Assembly (NCBI GenBank): GCA_028534125.1
Contig: CM052817.1
Span: forward strand, 91,390,001-91,454,000
Reading direction: 5' to 3'
Origin: Lama glama
Taxonomy: Eukaryota
DNA length: 64,000 nt
Part shown: piece after piece, positions 25,623 to 39,018 of the stretch
How positions within the stretch are numbered: position 1 is the stretch's first letter
Layout of the letters: each line of letters opens with the position of its first letter
The notes under the pieces: generated by a model
What the model saw: the letters and a program-made list of their open reading frames with translations, nothing else
Told to the model about the DNA's origin: nothing
Databases searched by the model: none
Made by a program: the position numbers and the translations under genes

Positions 25623-25853
25623 CAGATACTGACATATATATATGGAATGGATAAACACGTTCATGCTGTACAGTGCAGGGAACTATATTCGGTATCTTGT
25701 GGTGATTCATGGTGAAAATGAATATGATAATGAATATATGTATGTTTACATGTGACCGAGGCATTGTGCTGTGCACTGGAAATTGTCATAACATTGTAAA
25801 CTGACTATACTTCAATAAAAATTTATTATACAAAAAAAAAAAAAAGAAAGAAG
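25623..25853 (+). mobile_element. 5'-truncated L1 3' end nested in L2
   Basis: L1 3' UTR plus poly(A); 16-bp TSD GAAAAGACATGACCTG at 25607-25622 and 25854-25869. Confidence 0.88.
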
Positions 25854-28299
25854 GAAAAGACATGACCTGAGTTTTGAAGGAAAGGAGGAGTCTGTCAGAT
25901 AAATAAGGGAAGGGAAAATTGCACTGGAGGCAGAAGGCACAGCATGTGCAAAAAGCATGAGATGTGTGATTTGGAAAATGGAAAGTAATTTGATGTGGCC
26001 TGCCCTAGAGAACAGGGGTGTAAGGACCAGGAGGAGGTTATGATTTACGGAGGGCAAATCTTAAGACATTTGCATTAGCTACAAATCTCTGTAGTAGCAA
26101 AATTGGAAAGATTTTTGTATATATGTTCTTAGTTTGGCGATAAATGACCATCTCTTAGAAAAACTATTTTTTTTTTCCTACAAATGTGCCCGGAGAGGCT
26201 ATAAAAGGTTTACAGCTTTGACTTGTAGTGGGGTTTTTGTTGGTTTAAAAATACATCTGTTATTAAATAGAGAATATATAGCTTTCATAGTTGGCAACTA
26301 GGCATAAATATCAAAAAGTTTTTTTTTAATAGGAAGAAATAAAACTATCAGAGACTTAAGTAAAGACAAACAAAACACAGTTATGGCAAAGTTATATAAG
26401 AGAAATGCAATGGGAAATAAATATTCAGTAAAGACTAATTAGACAAATTTTAGCATATTCATAAATGTGAAACAAATAGATATTTTAATTTTTGAGAAAA
26501 ATACACAAGAAAATATTTACAATACAGTAAATGTAAATGAAAAGTTATAGCAAAATAGTCTATACAGGACTATCTCAGATATGTGGAATGTACATAAGAA
26601 AAAAATGCAGGAAAGGAGAAAAGAGGTCTGGAACACTATGTATACTAAAATGTGAATAGTGGTGTTTACTAAGTGGTAGGATTATAGGCGACTTCTATTT
26701 TGCCTTTCTGTGTTTTTTTCTGGTGATCTATTATAAATCTAATTTATTTACTCATTAACATTTCACATTTTTAAAAGCAAAACCCAAAGAACAAAATTTG
26801 ATGAGCACAGTTAAAATTTTATCCTTCAATAAAACGGAAACAATTTCATTTTTCGTCAAAGTAGGAAGTACCAATAAAAGGTTAATGTCCAAAGTTCCAG
26901 GCAATAGTAGTCCTGAAAATACATATATAAATCAGTACTACAAACAATTAGATGAAAATGAGCAAAAGACCACTACTGCTACAACCAGTGTTGCTAACTA
27001 CCTATTTAGAATTTTTACTTTTTTTTTTGCCACAAGCTGAGAGGAAATTATCTGAAACGTGCAGCTACAAAAAAACAAAAAAGATGTGTATGTTTGTGCA
27101 TGAGGACAGTGTGGGTGGCGGTCACACAGCGCGAAAGGCCACGGTCAGGGGGCTCATCTTTCTCCCCACTCCACCCCCAATTACAACAGCCCCGTTATCT
27201 TCGTAAGTTTCAAATGAATGGCTTCCCCCTATTTTACCAGTGAAAACTCTGCTCTATCTTACTCGGTATAAATATCAAGGAGAACGAAGACTCCTTATGT
27301 CTGTTGCTGGAGTCAACTTCTTCCCAGGAGCATTTTAAGAGAAAGATAAAGCTAGTTGGACATACCTCCCTTCCTTCCCACCACCACAGGCTTAATCAAA
27401 GTGAAAAAACAAACAAAAAAACCGGCCATGGAATTTTCCGCAGGAGCCTCTCTTCCCGGCTCAAACGCACGAGCTGGGCTAAAGCTACCTCACAAGTCTT
27501 AGGAAGTGAGGCGACGTGAAGGGAGAACTAAGAACTTTCTAGGAGGTTGTCTAAGATCTGCCACCCCAATTAGAGACTGAAAAGAGAGGGGAGATGGATG
27601 AGGACTAGGAAAGAGCCGGCTGGGGCAGAACTGAACCGGAGCGCAAATCTGGGCGCAGGGCGGCGGGCTGCTGACAGGAAAAACGCTCTTATGCCCACAC
27701 TGAAGCACCTGTAATGTCCCAGACCCTACGCTAGGCACTTGCGTACACGTCAGTTTTTATTTAATAAGCTTCCAGCTCGCACTGCCACTTCCCCTTTAGG
27801 AAATACGCTCCCTTTTCGCGTGCATTAGAAGATCTAAATGCATGGGAGACGCAGCCAAACGGATGGACAGCTCCAGATCTCTCTGCAGCTCCTAAGGAAA
27901 GTGCTTCGAAGGCCGTTTCCTCACCAGGGATGCTACGGCGCAGGCTTGTGGCTGCCGAGCCCTCGCCAAGTCTTGAGTTTATTTACTTAAGAGCATTTTC
28001 TCAACTTCTGCGGGGCCAGCACTGCCTCCCGCGTCCTGCCTGGCCCTCAGATCAGTGGCCATCTTCCTCTTGAAGCTGGAGAGCGCATTGGTCCTTATAT
28101 TAACATAAGTGGTAAACTACGGCTACAGTTAGTCAGGCATTTTTCTAAGCGCTTTTAACTACATGTTAATTCCCTAAAACTCACAACTATTATTGTCCTC
28201 ATTTTACAGATGAGCACCTGAGGTTAAATTTCTTCCCCAAGATCAAGATTCGAACCCAGGAAGTTTAGTCCGGATTCAAAAGCTGCGCTGGAAAGGTTC

Positions 28300-28870
28300 C
28301 CTACTTTCAAAGTCTCCAGGAATTTCGGGCGCCTTCCTGGCCACTCTCCCCGATTTCTCCACGCATTCCCAATCTCAGGCCTCTGCTGCCCGGGGTTGAG
28401 TTTGGCCCACTAAGGGCAGGCGGGTTCCAGGGCGCCCATGCAATCCGCGCGCGAGGCACCTGTCCTCCCTCCTCAGGTTTGGACGCCGGGAGAGGCTCCC
28501 GGACCCGCGCCTGACACTCACCATCCTTCCGGAGCGGCGCAGAGCCTGGGGGTGCCCTTAGAGGCAGCGCTAGGGTCTTGGAGACCGCTCTGCGGAGATA
28601 CATCGTGCCAGCTGCCCGCCGCGCAGCAGCCTCTGTAACCCCGCGCCGGCTGCGGGGTGACGGGAGTCCGGGCGAGCCCCGCCCCGGGGAGGGGCGCCGA
28701 CCCCTGCCCGCCCCGTCCGGGCGTTCCCGGGGACATGCGTAGGGGTTGGTCGTCCCCACCATTCTCCCACAACCCAATCTCTAGACTCTTGTTGATTTCT
28801 GCGTGATCCAAGAAGCTGATGGCGGCATCTCAGTAAAGGGATGAGGAACCAAGACGACCCCGTCACCTGC
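28300..28870. promoter_or_regulatory. MGARP CpG-island promoter with GC boxes
   Basis: High GC and CpG density around exon 1. GGGGCGGG(G) boxes on the minus strand at about 28677-28685 and 28707-28714. Confidence 0.85.
28522..28603 (-). CDS. MGARP: MGARP coding exon 1 (mitochondria-localized glutamic acid-rich protein)
   Basis: ATG at 28603 gives MYLRRAVSKTLALPLRAPPGSAPLRKD, the recognisable MGARP N-terminus. 82 nt, ends G|GTGAGT (phase 1), inside a CpG island. Confidence 0.96.
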
Positions 28871-29150
28871 CTGCTCTGTACTGTTCCACTTAGTGGAACT
28901 CCTCAGAGCGGGCTGGAAATGTTTCAGGACTTGCAGACATGGTTTATCACGCCGTATGAAATCTGCACTCACTTTATCTCACGCACACCGTTAAGGTTTC
29001 CTAGGTGTGGAAAGGATAGCTAGAAGTTTCCTGGAGATGAAACAAGGAGAGGGGTAGCCTTAGCCTTCCATTGTTGCTCTGGGTGATGTTCAGAATCATA
29101 AGGGAACTCCCAGGTAATGATTGAATGTCTAGGCAATTGACTGCTACAAT

Positions 29151-29179
29151 GGCTTTTGGCTTTTGGCTTTTGGCTTTTG
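29151..29179 (+). repeat. (GGCTTTT)4 tandem repeat
   Basis: Directly visible, about 550 bp upstream of the MGARP ATG. Confidence 0.9.
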
Positions 29180-31433
29180 AAACTCCAAAAATGCTGTATA
29201 TTCCTCTATGGGATGTGAAACTAGTACTTCCAAATCAACTAAAAACGCTAAATTATTAGTTTTTCCCTCCAGATTTCAATTACTTGCCTCATTGTGGCTA
29301 CAAGAATTTGTCTTTGCTTGAATATGGAAACCAATAATTTATATTTATAACATTTTCTAAATGATTAATCTTTGGAAGGGACTGTTTGCTACTGTAACAG
29401 TCCCTTATGTGTGCTTGGCATTTGACAGTTTACAAAGTACTTTTGCACAAATTTTCTCCTTTAATTTTCACTTCAGCCCTCTGAGGGAAGTGGCATTTAT
29501 TCCGTTTAGCAAACGACAGGTGGTGGAGAGGAATGTTCAGGGACTGATGGTCATGATTTTTTTTTTTTAAAGAACATGAACATAGTTCTTCTAATTCCAA
29601 GTTCTCTTGGCATGTTACAGGCAAAATATTTGCTCATTTGCCACGTGAATAACTAAACATCCCTCAAAGGCTTCAGTTCTGAACCAATTCTTGTGATATT
29701 TAACATAGTCTCATTTAACGAGTACAAGCCAATGGTCAGAACTGGCTTTTTGATGCTTAGAGTAACTAGCTATTCCTAGTGATTAAACCTTAAGAGCAAT
29801 TAGGTCATCTGTAGGTAATGAGAGGTCAAATTTAGACTTCTAAGCCCCAAAGAAGGGGACAGACCCAGACCCTCCACCAGGAAGTTAGGTAGTCCTGAAA
29901 GCAACAAAATATAGGTTAGCACACTTGCTGCCTTTGACCAGCATTGAGTATACATCGTCCTGCAACTAGTGATTACCTATCTCACTGGTGGTGTAGACTG
30001 TTTAGTGAACATCTAGCAGTTAGGACAGATTGACAAATCAAATCAAATCTGTCAGGAGAGCTCCTAACCACTTCCAATTTGGCACTGCTCAATTTAAAAT
30101 TAAAAAAGAAAACAAATCTGTCTACCACTATGGCTCATCCTTTCCTTGGTATTCTTAGGGCTGAATTTTGACTTGTTTGCCAGGGAGAGGGAATGGTCAA
30201 AGGCAGTAAGTGCATTTAAATGAATTGAATTAATGCATCCATTACACTCATTTAATGTGCTGGAAGCTCCTAGAAAAAGGATTCTTTCTAAGTAAACATT
30301 TGTAAATGATAATGAACATTTGTAAAAACTCCTAGATCACTGCTCTGGACTCCTCTAAGAATTCCAATGTAGACTCTGGATCTGGGTTTGGTCTGAGCTC
30401 TTCTGGGTCATCCCCAGGTTCCACAGCAGCCACTTAGTATCAGTCAGTCAAACTGTCTGTAAGTATCTGTCAAATGCCTATAATATGCTAGGGATCATGC
30501 TAGATGCTAGGGACTGGTTATAATTTATTTCACAAGTATTTATCAAGTATCTATGATTACTGTTCCAGGGCTTGCTTCAATGAACTAGATATGATTTTTG
30601 CTACCACTCCTAGAGGTTATATTTTCAGGTTAAAGAGACATGGAACCATCATCTTTTCTCAGGAGGAGTGTTGGGCTACCATCAATGGGGTCAATGATCA
30701 CAAAGAAATCTCTGACCAGACACCAATGATGAATGTAGTCTAAGAGCTTTGGTTAAAGCCAAACTGGTTTAAACAAAGCAAACCAACTAATTTAAACAAT
30801 GCAAAAATAACACACATGCATATAGGGCTTTAAAAACGTTTCCCAAAGATATTGTCACATCTATCTTTGTACTTTATCCTCTAAACAAATCTTAAGGAGT
30901 AGGTGAAGGAATGTTGACTATCCTTATATTACACATGAAAAAAAAATTGAGGTAGTGTAATACTGTGGTTAAGAGCCTGAGTTTCAGAGTCAGATACTTG
31001 GTCTGATTTATTGATGTGAATAAAATGTGGATAATTCCTTTATTCATAGGGTTTCTGTAAGTTCTAAAGCACATTAGGTATAAAACATGCTCAACTAGTT
31101 GGAGGAGGCAGTCCTAAATTCTGACTAAGCCCAAGCTCACGGCTCCCGTACAATGATCTGATGCCTTTCAGTGCGCACATGACAGGATCCGTTATATTTC
31201 ACCATCTCATCATATGGTAATGTCCTGTGAAGACTCGATTACGTCCTCTTGGATGTGGCCATCCCAGCCAGGAGAGGCAAGAACTGTGAGATAAACAGTG
31301 CCACATCTCTGAATCCCTTTTCATCCTAGTTAAATGCTCATGCCTCTTGGATCAAAGGGAATTTGCCACTTACTCTACTGCTGCTGTAGGATATGTGGCT
31401 TTCCATTTTGATGGCAAACTCTTCTCACATCTT

Positions 31434-31569
31434 TTTTGTTTGTTTTATGAAGGGGAGGTAATTAGGTTTATTTATTTATTATATTTGGAGGAGGTACTAG
31501 GGATTGAACCCAGGACCCTGTGCATACTAAGCATGTGCTCTACCACTTGAGCTACACCCTTCATCCTTA
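31434..31569 (-). mobile_element. tRNA-derived SINE (Vic-1-like)
   Basis: Reverse-complement SINE; TSD TCACATCTT. Confidence 0.9.
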
Positions 31570-32269
31570 TCACATCTTACTGAGACAGTTCCCAAGAGAG
31601 AGCATGCCTGTGGGTTGTCAAGTTCAGTTTCTCCCCAACCAAGAGAATTTTAACAGTAGATCTTGGCTATAAAAGACTCTGTATCGCTCAGACAGTAGTT
31701 TCCCAGCTGTTAGTCATGTTGTTTATAACGCTGCCCTTGAGCACATCCTTAACATTTTTCTTGGTCTTGTTGGGAAAACAAGAATCTAGGGTCAGAGATG
31801 ACTTATCTAAGATGATCTCCACCTAATTGTGATTGTTGACAAAGATGATACTAGTTTTGAAACATATTGTAAGAATCCTCTGCTAGCAATATTAATCATA
31901 CTTATTCAAGGCTTAAGTTCCATATAATTAAAAGCAATTTTCAAAGACTGCATGATTTCGTAGGCTCCACAGAAAGCTAGAAATAGTTTTGTTTTTCTTA
32001 ATACTAAATTCCTAGGCTACATAACCTGAACTTTCAACAGATCAGTATGGATATAAAGTGAAACAATTTAGAAGACTATCTAGGAAGACAAATTTGCAAG
32101 CAATTAATAAAGTGCTGATAACCACCCTTTTGATGGCCTAAAGTATTTAGATTAAATGAAGGGGAAAGGGTAATCAAGATGGTAAATTCTTTAAGTGTTC
32201 TTGGAGGTCCCTCAGTACTCTTCCCATCTATTCACATTCTCTTCTATGGTAAAATAAACATGACATGAC

Positions 32270-32703
32270 TGTTTTCCTAAGGCTACCATAACAAGTTACT
32301 CACACTTGGATGGCTTAAAACAACAAAATTTATTCTCTTACCACTCTACAGGCTAGAAGTCTGAAATCAAAGTGTGGGCAGGACCATGCCTGCCCTGAAA
32401 CCCGTAGGTGAGAATCCCTCCTTGCCTCTTCTAGCTTTAGATGTTTACTGGTAATCCCTCCCTTGCAGACGCGTCACTCCAACCTCTGCCTCCATCATCA
32501 CGTGGCTGTCTCCTCTGTGTGTGTCTGTTTCTTTTTGTCTTATAAGTGTGCCAGTCATACTGGATTAAGGGCCCCCTATTCCAGTATACTCATCTTAACT
32601 CATTACATCTGCAAATACCGTATTTCCAAATAAGGTTACGTCCTGAGATACTGGGGGTTAGGACTTCCACATCTTTTGAGTGGTAAAAATTCAACCCCTA
32701 ACA
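32270..32703 (-). mobile_element. MaLR (MLT1-type) solo LTR
   Basis: GGCTTAAAACAACA...GGCTAGAAGTCTGAAATCAA...ATTACATCTGCAAA..TATTTCCAAATAAGG. Confidence 0.8.
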
Positions 32704-33309
32704 ACTTCTTATACTTGAAGCTGAGTTCATATAGCTTGTTTTTTGCTATGGCAATTTAAGAACATAATTTAAATGACTATTTCACAGATACTAAATCTGA
32801 AAAAAGTTCTGATTTTATCTCTAATAAAAAACTTGATGGCATTTGACATTTTGTCTGCATCTTCTTTTTTATGGAAATTCTTTTATATTATTGCTAAAGA
32901 AACCGTAATTTGACCAAGTACCTCTTGGAAATTTACAATCAGAATGATTCCTGTTCAGTACAGCTGTTCTCTTAAACTAATATGTAAACCCCGGAACCAC
33001 TGACTGTAGCCTTCTCTTTAACGATGTGGATTAGGGAAGAGAAGGTCTGTGCACCAAGAAAATAAAGCAGATAGATACACAGAGACCAGAGCCAAGGCCA
33101 AAAGCCTTGATGTTTGAATTTCAGGCCCCAATTATTTCCAGGCCCAGGTGCGTTCCTGTTATGAGAGTCTGTGAGTCACTCTGTATCCCCATGACTTTTT
33201 TTCAGTTCAACATAATTTGAGTTTGGTTTTAATATTTAGTTTATAAAGTATCTTTTACCAGCACCACTATGTGACAAAACTCTAGGTGTTACTCACAGAA
33301 TAATCTACA

Positions 33310-33500
33310 TCTGTACTGTTCAATACAGCAACCACTAGCCCCACGTGGCTATTTAAATTAATTAAAATGAAGTATTAAAAATTCAGTCACATTAATCACA
33401 TTCAAAATGTGCAATAGCCACATGGGAGTAGTAGCTACTGTATCGGATAGCACAGGCAGAACCTTTACATCTTTGCAGGCAGTTCTTTTGGACAGCCCTG
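33310..33500. mobile_element. MER3-like hAT/Charlie MITE
   Basis: Internal quasi-palindrome AGCCACATGTGGCT-type repeats with TTTAAATTAATTAAAA core. Confidence 0.75.
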
Positions 33501-33774
33501 GTCTTCCTGAATGGCTCCCCCTGGAATTATACAGGCACAATCAAGATAAAAGTCCACACAAGGTAGCTAATATTTTCAAGGCCTGACATGCAGTAGATCC
33601 TGTTTATTAAAGTTGTATCTTATTTCCAACTAAGGCTATCAGTTTCCTGAATTTCAGGTGTCTTAGAGTTTTCTCTTCCCTTTAGGGATGTGAATTGTTA
33701 AGTGTTTCTTTTAATGTAAAGTTTCTTGAATTGGGAGTTGATACCTTACTTCTTGGTCTATCACCATGTGACAA

Positions 33775-34250
33775 TATTAGTTTCTATTGCTGCTATAACA
33801 AACTTAGTGGTTTAAAACAACACAGACTTATTATCTTGCAGTTTTGTAGGTGTTAAATCCAACATGGGTCTCAATAGGATAAAATCAAGGTGTCAGCAGG
33901 GTGTTTTCCTTTCTGGAGGCTCCAAGGGAGAATTTCTTTGACTTTCTCATACCTTGGCTCTTGGCCCACTTCCATCTTCAAAACTAGCAATGGCCAGTTG
34001 AGTCTTTCTCACATCACATCACTCTGACACCCTCTGGTGCCTCCCTCTTCACTGCTAAGGACCTTTGCGATTACATGGGGCTCAACCCAATAATCCAGGA
34101 TAATCTCTCCATCTCCATGTCTCAGCAGTTTAGCAAATATAATTCTACCTGCAACCTTAATCTCCCTTTGCCATATAACCTACCATATACACAGAGTCCA
34201 GAGAATAGGGCATGATCATATTTAAGGGTCCATTATTCTACTTTCCACAG
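33775..34250 (-). mobile_element. MaLR (MLT1-type) solo LTR
   Basis: ATTGCTGCTATAACAAA...AAATCAAGGTGTCAGCAGG...ATAATCCAGGATAATCTC. Confidence 0.75.
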
Positions 34251-35194
34251 TGATGTTGGGCAAATGACTCTGTAAAATTATGAAATTGGTCTATAAGACC
34301 CCTAAGGTCCTTTCCAGTTCTACTGGCTAGGACCCCAAATTGACAGAAGTTAATAGTTACTGTTATATTTAGCTTTTCAATGAATTTGGATTAAATACTT
34401 ATTCTGTAATAATGTAACTCTGAATTTATGTTCAGAAGTGACTCCTAAAGATATCTGGGCCATGAATCTCCCAGAAAAGTATTGACCAGAGCCCACAACA
34501 CACACAAAACCATTAATAAAACAATGAAACTTTCTACTTAACATCAGAATGGGGATACAAATAATGAATTGTTAAATGTGTGGTACACTAAGTGTTCAAA
34601 TTATAAGTTACTGAAGTGACATGTAAGTTCTAACTGATTCACAAGAAAGGGTTTTGGTGAGGAATAAAGTATTTCTAAATTTGTATCTATTAACTCTCAC
34701 CAACCCTGCCTCCTCCTTTTAAAAAATAATCGGGAGTTTGCTATTAATTGGATGAAAGTCATATTAGCAAAAAGGGCCTACAAACTTTGTGTTGCCATAA
34801 CTGGTGTAAAAACAGTCACCCAAATGAAAATCATTCAGACTCAAGGAAATGAAGTCAGAAGAAACTCTGGTAGTAAGATTCATCTTTACTTTGTCCTCTA
34901 GAAGAAAACAGTATTTGAGCTTTTTTGTATTTTGAATAATAGAATAGGAGTAGTTCTATCACCCTGCACGCTACAGAATAAGTGTTCCAATTAGAAATTA
35001 AAAGTTGATATAAAGAGTAAATCCTTCAGCAGTGATTTTTAAATCTATCTTCTTAGTAAGTTTTCTTACCAATGTATCCTTAATTACCACTGACCCTATC
35101 ATCAGACGGTTCCTTCCACATTAAAATACTTCTAATAATGTACCTTAGAATTAATACTCTATGCATTGTCACCATATATATAATCTGAAGAATA

Positions 35195-35333
35195 CAGAAA
35201 GTTTTCAAAAATTTAATTATTTAAAACACAAATGCTGACAACATATATCCACATATAACTCTTTCTCTCGTGTTTACAACTCAACAGATTGGTGAATCCA
35301 GAGGAACTGCTATAATCCCTATATGGAACATAC
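35195..35333 (-). other. NDUFC1: NDUFC1 terminal non-coding (3'-UTR) exon
   Basis: Strong acceptor ctctctctgttttgtag| at 35334/35333 and ATTAAA at 35212-35217. The sequence resembles the mammalian NDUFC1 3' UTR as I recall it. The 3' end is approximate. Confidence 0.8.
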
Positions 35334-36335
35334 CTACAAAACAGAGAGAGAGAGAAAAAGAAAACTATAGCATTAACCAGCAGAAATAATACTAAAATTA
35401 GACCATTGTAAATAATTCACCTTAGAGCATCAGAGGAAGTCTAGACAACAAGTCCACAAAGAATATCAACCCCTCATTTTACTTAAGTTTTAGGGATAAA
35501 AAAATTATCTGAACTACAGGTATAGCCAAAGCATCTGTTTTCACTTAAATACCTATTTTATTTTTATCTCTTGATTGGCTGATTGTAGTAGTGAAATGGG
35601 CAAGGTGATAATGATAGAAAAAAAGGTACATCAGTGATTACTATTTTATTATCCAACAGATATAAGTTACCTACTTTAATCAGCATAATCCATGAAAGTT
35701 GAGATTTGTAACAGTGAGTTTTTCATTTTAGAAAAAGATTAATACAGGATTTCTTTAAAAGGGTTCTTCAGAAACATGGCACACATATTCATATGAAATA
35801 AACTCACTCTCTGTTTCAAGTCATAGACCATGCAGTGTATGCTATCTTGTTCATAGCTAGGTTTTACCAGGAATTGTCCAAAGGGGTGTTAGTTGTAGTG
35901 ACAATCATAATGAAATGGTCATGCAGTAAACAACTGAATGCCCTGTCCTCATGGACTTTATGATCAAGTGTGGTATATGACAAAACAGTTATTAAGAAAT
36001 ACATACACAAACAGTGATATCTTATCCTAACTATGAAGGCACTGTGTACAGCACTGTTAGATTTAGGAAAATAGTATGATTTTGATTTCATTCTAAAACA
36101 CAACTGTCTTTGAACACAGTCAAAGCATAATGACTAAAAATGATTATGCTAAGAGACCCTTGAGCCAGGGCATTAAAAATTCATAAATTTGTCACAGACA
36201 GGAGTATAGGTGCTAAAAAGTATACACTTAATGAAAAAACAACCAAAACACATTATTTAAAAAAAGGTCAAATTAACTTGCATAATCTATTCATTCTATA
36301 AAACTGCATACTTACTGTATCAATATTTCAAAAGT

Positions 36336-36395
36336 TTATTCCAACCCATTTCTTCTTTTATACTCTAAAACATCTTCATTATGTTGTTTGATGAG
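36336..36395 (-). CDS. NDUFC1: NDUFC1 third coding exon (to stop)
   Basis: tacttctag| acceptor, LIKQHNEDVLEYKRRNGLE*. CDS total 231 nt = 76 aa. The exon runs 20 nt past the stop to donor ACA|GTAAGT at 36316/36315. Confidence 0.97.
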   Translation of the reverse strand, partial: LIKQHNEDVLEYKRRNGLE

Positions 36396-37039
36396 CTAGA
36401 AGTAGGTAAGAGTTAAAATTAGAAATGCAATCTTCCTGGCAACTTAGAGAGGAGAAGAAGACTAACTAATGATATTTAACATTTGGCAAGAGGAATAAGG
36501 GTAGATTGAAAGAATTACAACTATACTAGTTAGAAATAGAAGGCTAAGGGATACAAAAGTCCCCAAACTGCTAATGATACATACTTGTTCACCACAATCT
36601 GATACACTAAATTTGAGAGGGCAACCGTTAAAAGTTCAAATTCAACTTCTGCAAATTACTCCATTCAGAGGCTAATTAATGGAATAGAATGCCTCACCAC
36701 AGAGGGGCTAAACCAATACAGTAAAGTAGAACTTGATTATTAAATGGGGTTGGGTTTTGTGTATTATACTTCTAACCTAGGAAGTCTGATACTGTGAATG
36801 AATGACCAACCACATCCTCCAACTGTATATATTAATTAGACCTCAAGGAGGACAGCCACTTTCTTAGAACCACTATCTGACAGAACATGCAGCTAGAACA
36901 ATGGCTGATATATGGTCACATTTGTTGCAATCAAAGATCCAGTATCAAGTCAGAGCTCTCAGCAACAAGCTTCTTTTTCAGAAAATTTTAAGAACATATA
37001 AAATTTCATTATAACAAACATTATTGAAAAAGGATTAGT

Positions 37040-37198
37040 TAGGGAACTATATTCAATTATCTTGTAATAAACTATAATGGAAAATAATCGGAAAAGAAAA
37101 GAATATGGATATATACATATATATGTATAACTGAATCATTTTGCTGTACACCTGAAACTGACACAATATTGTAAATCAATTATACTTAAAAAAAAAAG
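37040..37198 (+). mobile_element. 5'-truncated L1 3' end
   Basis: AGGGAACTATATTCAA...GCTGTACACCTGAAACTGACACAATATTGTAAATCAA plus A-tail. Confidence 0.8.
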
Positions 37199-37282
37199 AA
37201 TTAGTTACTGTTGTTAAGTTGTAAGTGTAAATCTCTTACTCCTTCCCATGTCAAAGAGTTGAACCACTTTAATGAAAAAATT

Positions 37283-37442
37283 CGGGGAGAGGGTATAGCT
37301 CAGTGGTAGAATGTGTGCCACATTCTTGTGTAGTATGCACAAGGTCCTGGGTTCAATCCCCAGTACTCTATTAAAATAGATAAAAACCGAATTATCTCTC
37401 CCCCTTCAAAAGAATAAAAAATACATTCAACAAAATTTTTTA
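37283..37442 (+). mobile_element. tRNA-derived SINE (Vic-1-like) with a small internal insertion
   Basis: SINE head with about 15 extra nt between the A and B boxes; A-rich tail. Confidence 0.85.
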
Positions 37443-38033
37443 ATCAAATACAGGAGATCTAAGAGTTGGAGGTGGGCAGCAGTGGAGGAAGCTCTAAATC
37501 TATTAGCTACAAAACAAAAAAATTAAATACTGATGTAGCACAGATATTCTGAGTCAACTTTTAAAAAATTTAACTATAGAGAGACAGTATTTCACAATGG
37601 TCTATAGTGTAGCTCTGAAGTCAGGGAGAACTGGGTTCAGCAAATTAATTTCCCCAATGTTTTCTTCATCTGTAAAAGGCAACAATAATAGTACTACCAC
37701 ATAGTACTGTGAAACAGATTAAAGCATTTGCCTACTATAAACAAAGACCAAAAGAAAAGAAAAAGGTTGCTACACACTAAATACAATTAACAATGTATTT
37801 ACACAAACATTGATCAAAATCTTACATTTTGTAAGCCTAATGGGATTTAATTTATATAGCTGTTCATTTATGGTTTGTCCCTATGGCATCTGAAAAAAGT
37901 GCCTTCATAAACCCCCAACCTGCCTCCATCCTTTTTAAGAAATAAAATAAAGGATAATTAATATGTAGTAAAACTTCCATTCATGACAAAACCATGCAAA
38001 GCAACGATAATTTTCAGCCTCAACATATTTTCT

Positions 38034-38197
38034 TTTTTAAAAATTTTTATTTATTTAATATTTAATTTATTGTTTAATTTTTTTTTTTTTTTTGGTGGGA
38101 GGGTAATTAGGTTTATTTTTAGAGGACGTACTGGGGACTGAACCCAGGACCTCCTGCATGCGCATGCACTCTACCACTTGAGCTACACCTTCCCCCC
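38034..38197 (-). mobile_element. tRNA-derived SINE (Vic-1-like)
   Basis: Reverse-complement SINE with a long T-rich tail; ATTTTCTT flanks. Confidence 0.88.
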
Positions 38198-38383
38198 ACA
38201 TTTTCTTGATGCCCCTGAAATCTTAACATGTTTTAGTCCTTGGGATTTTCCCCACAGAGAAATATATAATTAGTAGTTACATGAATATCCTATTGTATGG
38301 GAGATTTGCTCAGCAATACTCCATCTCACATTGATATTTGTCCTCTCCACTGTGTTGAATCGACATAGGGAGTAAATACTTAC

Positions 38384-38487
38384 ATAGATCCACAAGAAAC
38401 CCGAGGTGCCCAAGGTCAGTCCAACTTTCAGCCAGTCAGGTTTGCCATGTGGCGGTTCCCGAATGTAGAACTTTGACCTCGATGGAG
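38384..38487 (-). CDS. NDUFC1: NDUFC1 second coding exon
   Basis: gctttcag| acceptor and TAT|GTAAGT donor. 104 nt, (S)[34 protein letters not shown], containing the diagnostic KFYI mature N-terminus. Confidence 0.97.
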
Positions 38488-39018
38488 CTGAAAGCGGACA
38501 GAAAGAGGCTGTAAATCTGTAACTTATCGCCTTGTAGTAATAAAGCTGACATTTACACGTGTATTACCGCATTTAATTCCCCCTTCGACTTCCTCATTTT
38601 AAACAGCCACGGAAAGAGAGGTTCAGAGAGGTCAAGTAACTCAACCAGGGCCACCGTCAGGGCCAGATCGGTGGCCCCTTTCGTCCAAGACACCTTCAAA
38701 GCCTCATATTGTGGCTTTGGCGGACCCTCAGACAACTTGGGAGTGGGCGGATAGCAATCGCCCCGGCATCTGCAGGAATCAAAGTCCATTCGCAGAGACC
38801 AAGAGGGGTCGGGTGGCACTGGAAGAAGGATGGACGGCGGGTGATGCGGAGTCGAGACTCAGGGGTGGAGGCGGGCGTAGGCTCCGGGCCGCGGGCCGCC
38901 GAAGGTCACTGCAGGACGAGCCCGGTCCGCGAGCCGCCTCCTGCCCCAGCGGGCTAGCTTCGCCCTGGGAGCGGCAGGATGGAAGGTCGGGACAGCCTGC
39001 TCAAGGAGGGACACTTAC

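Noticed and set aside
28307..28777. 156-aa ORF as a single-exon gene
   Set aside because: It is MGARP exon 1 read through promoter and intron in a GC-rich island. The true coding part is 28522-28603.
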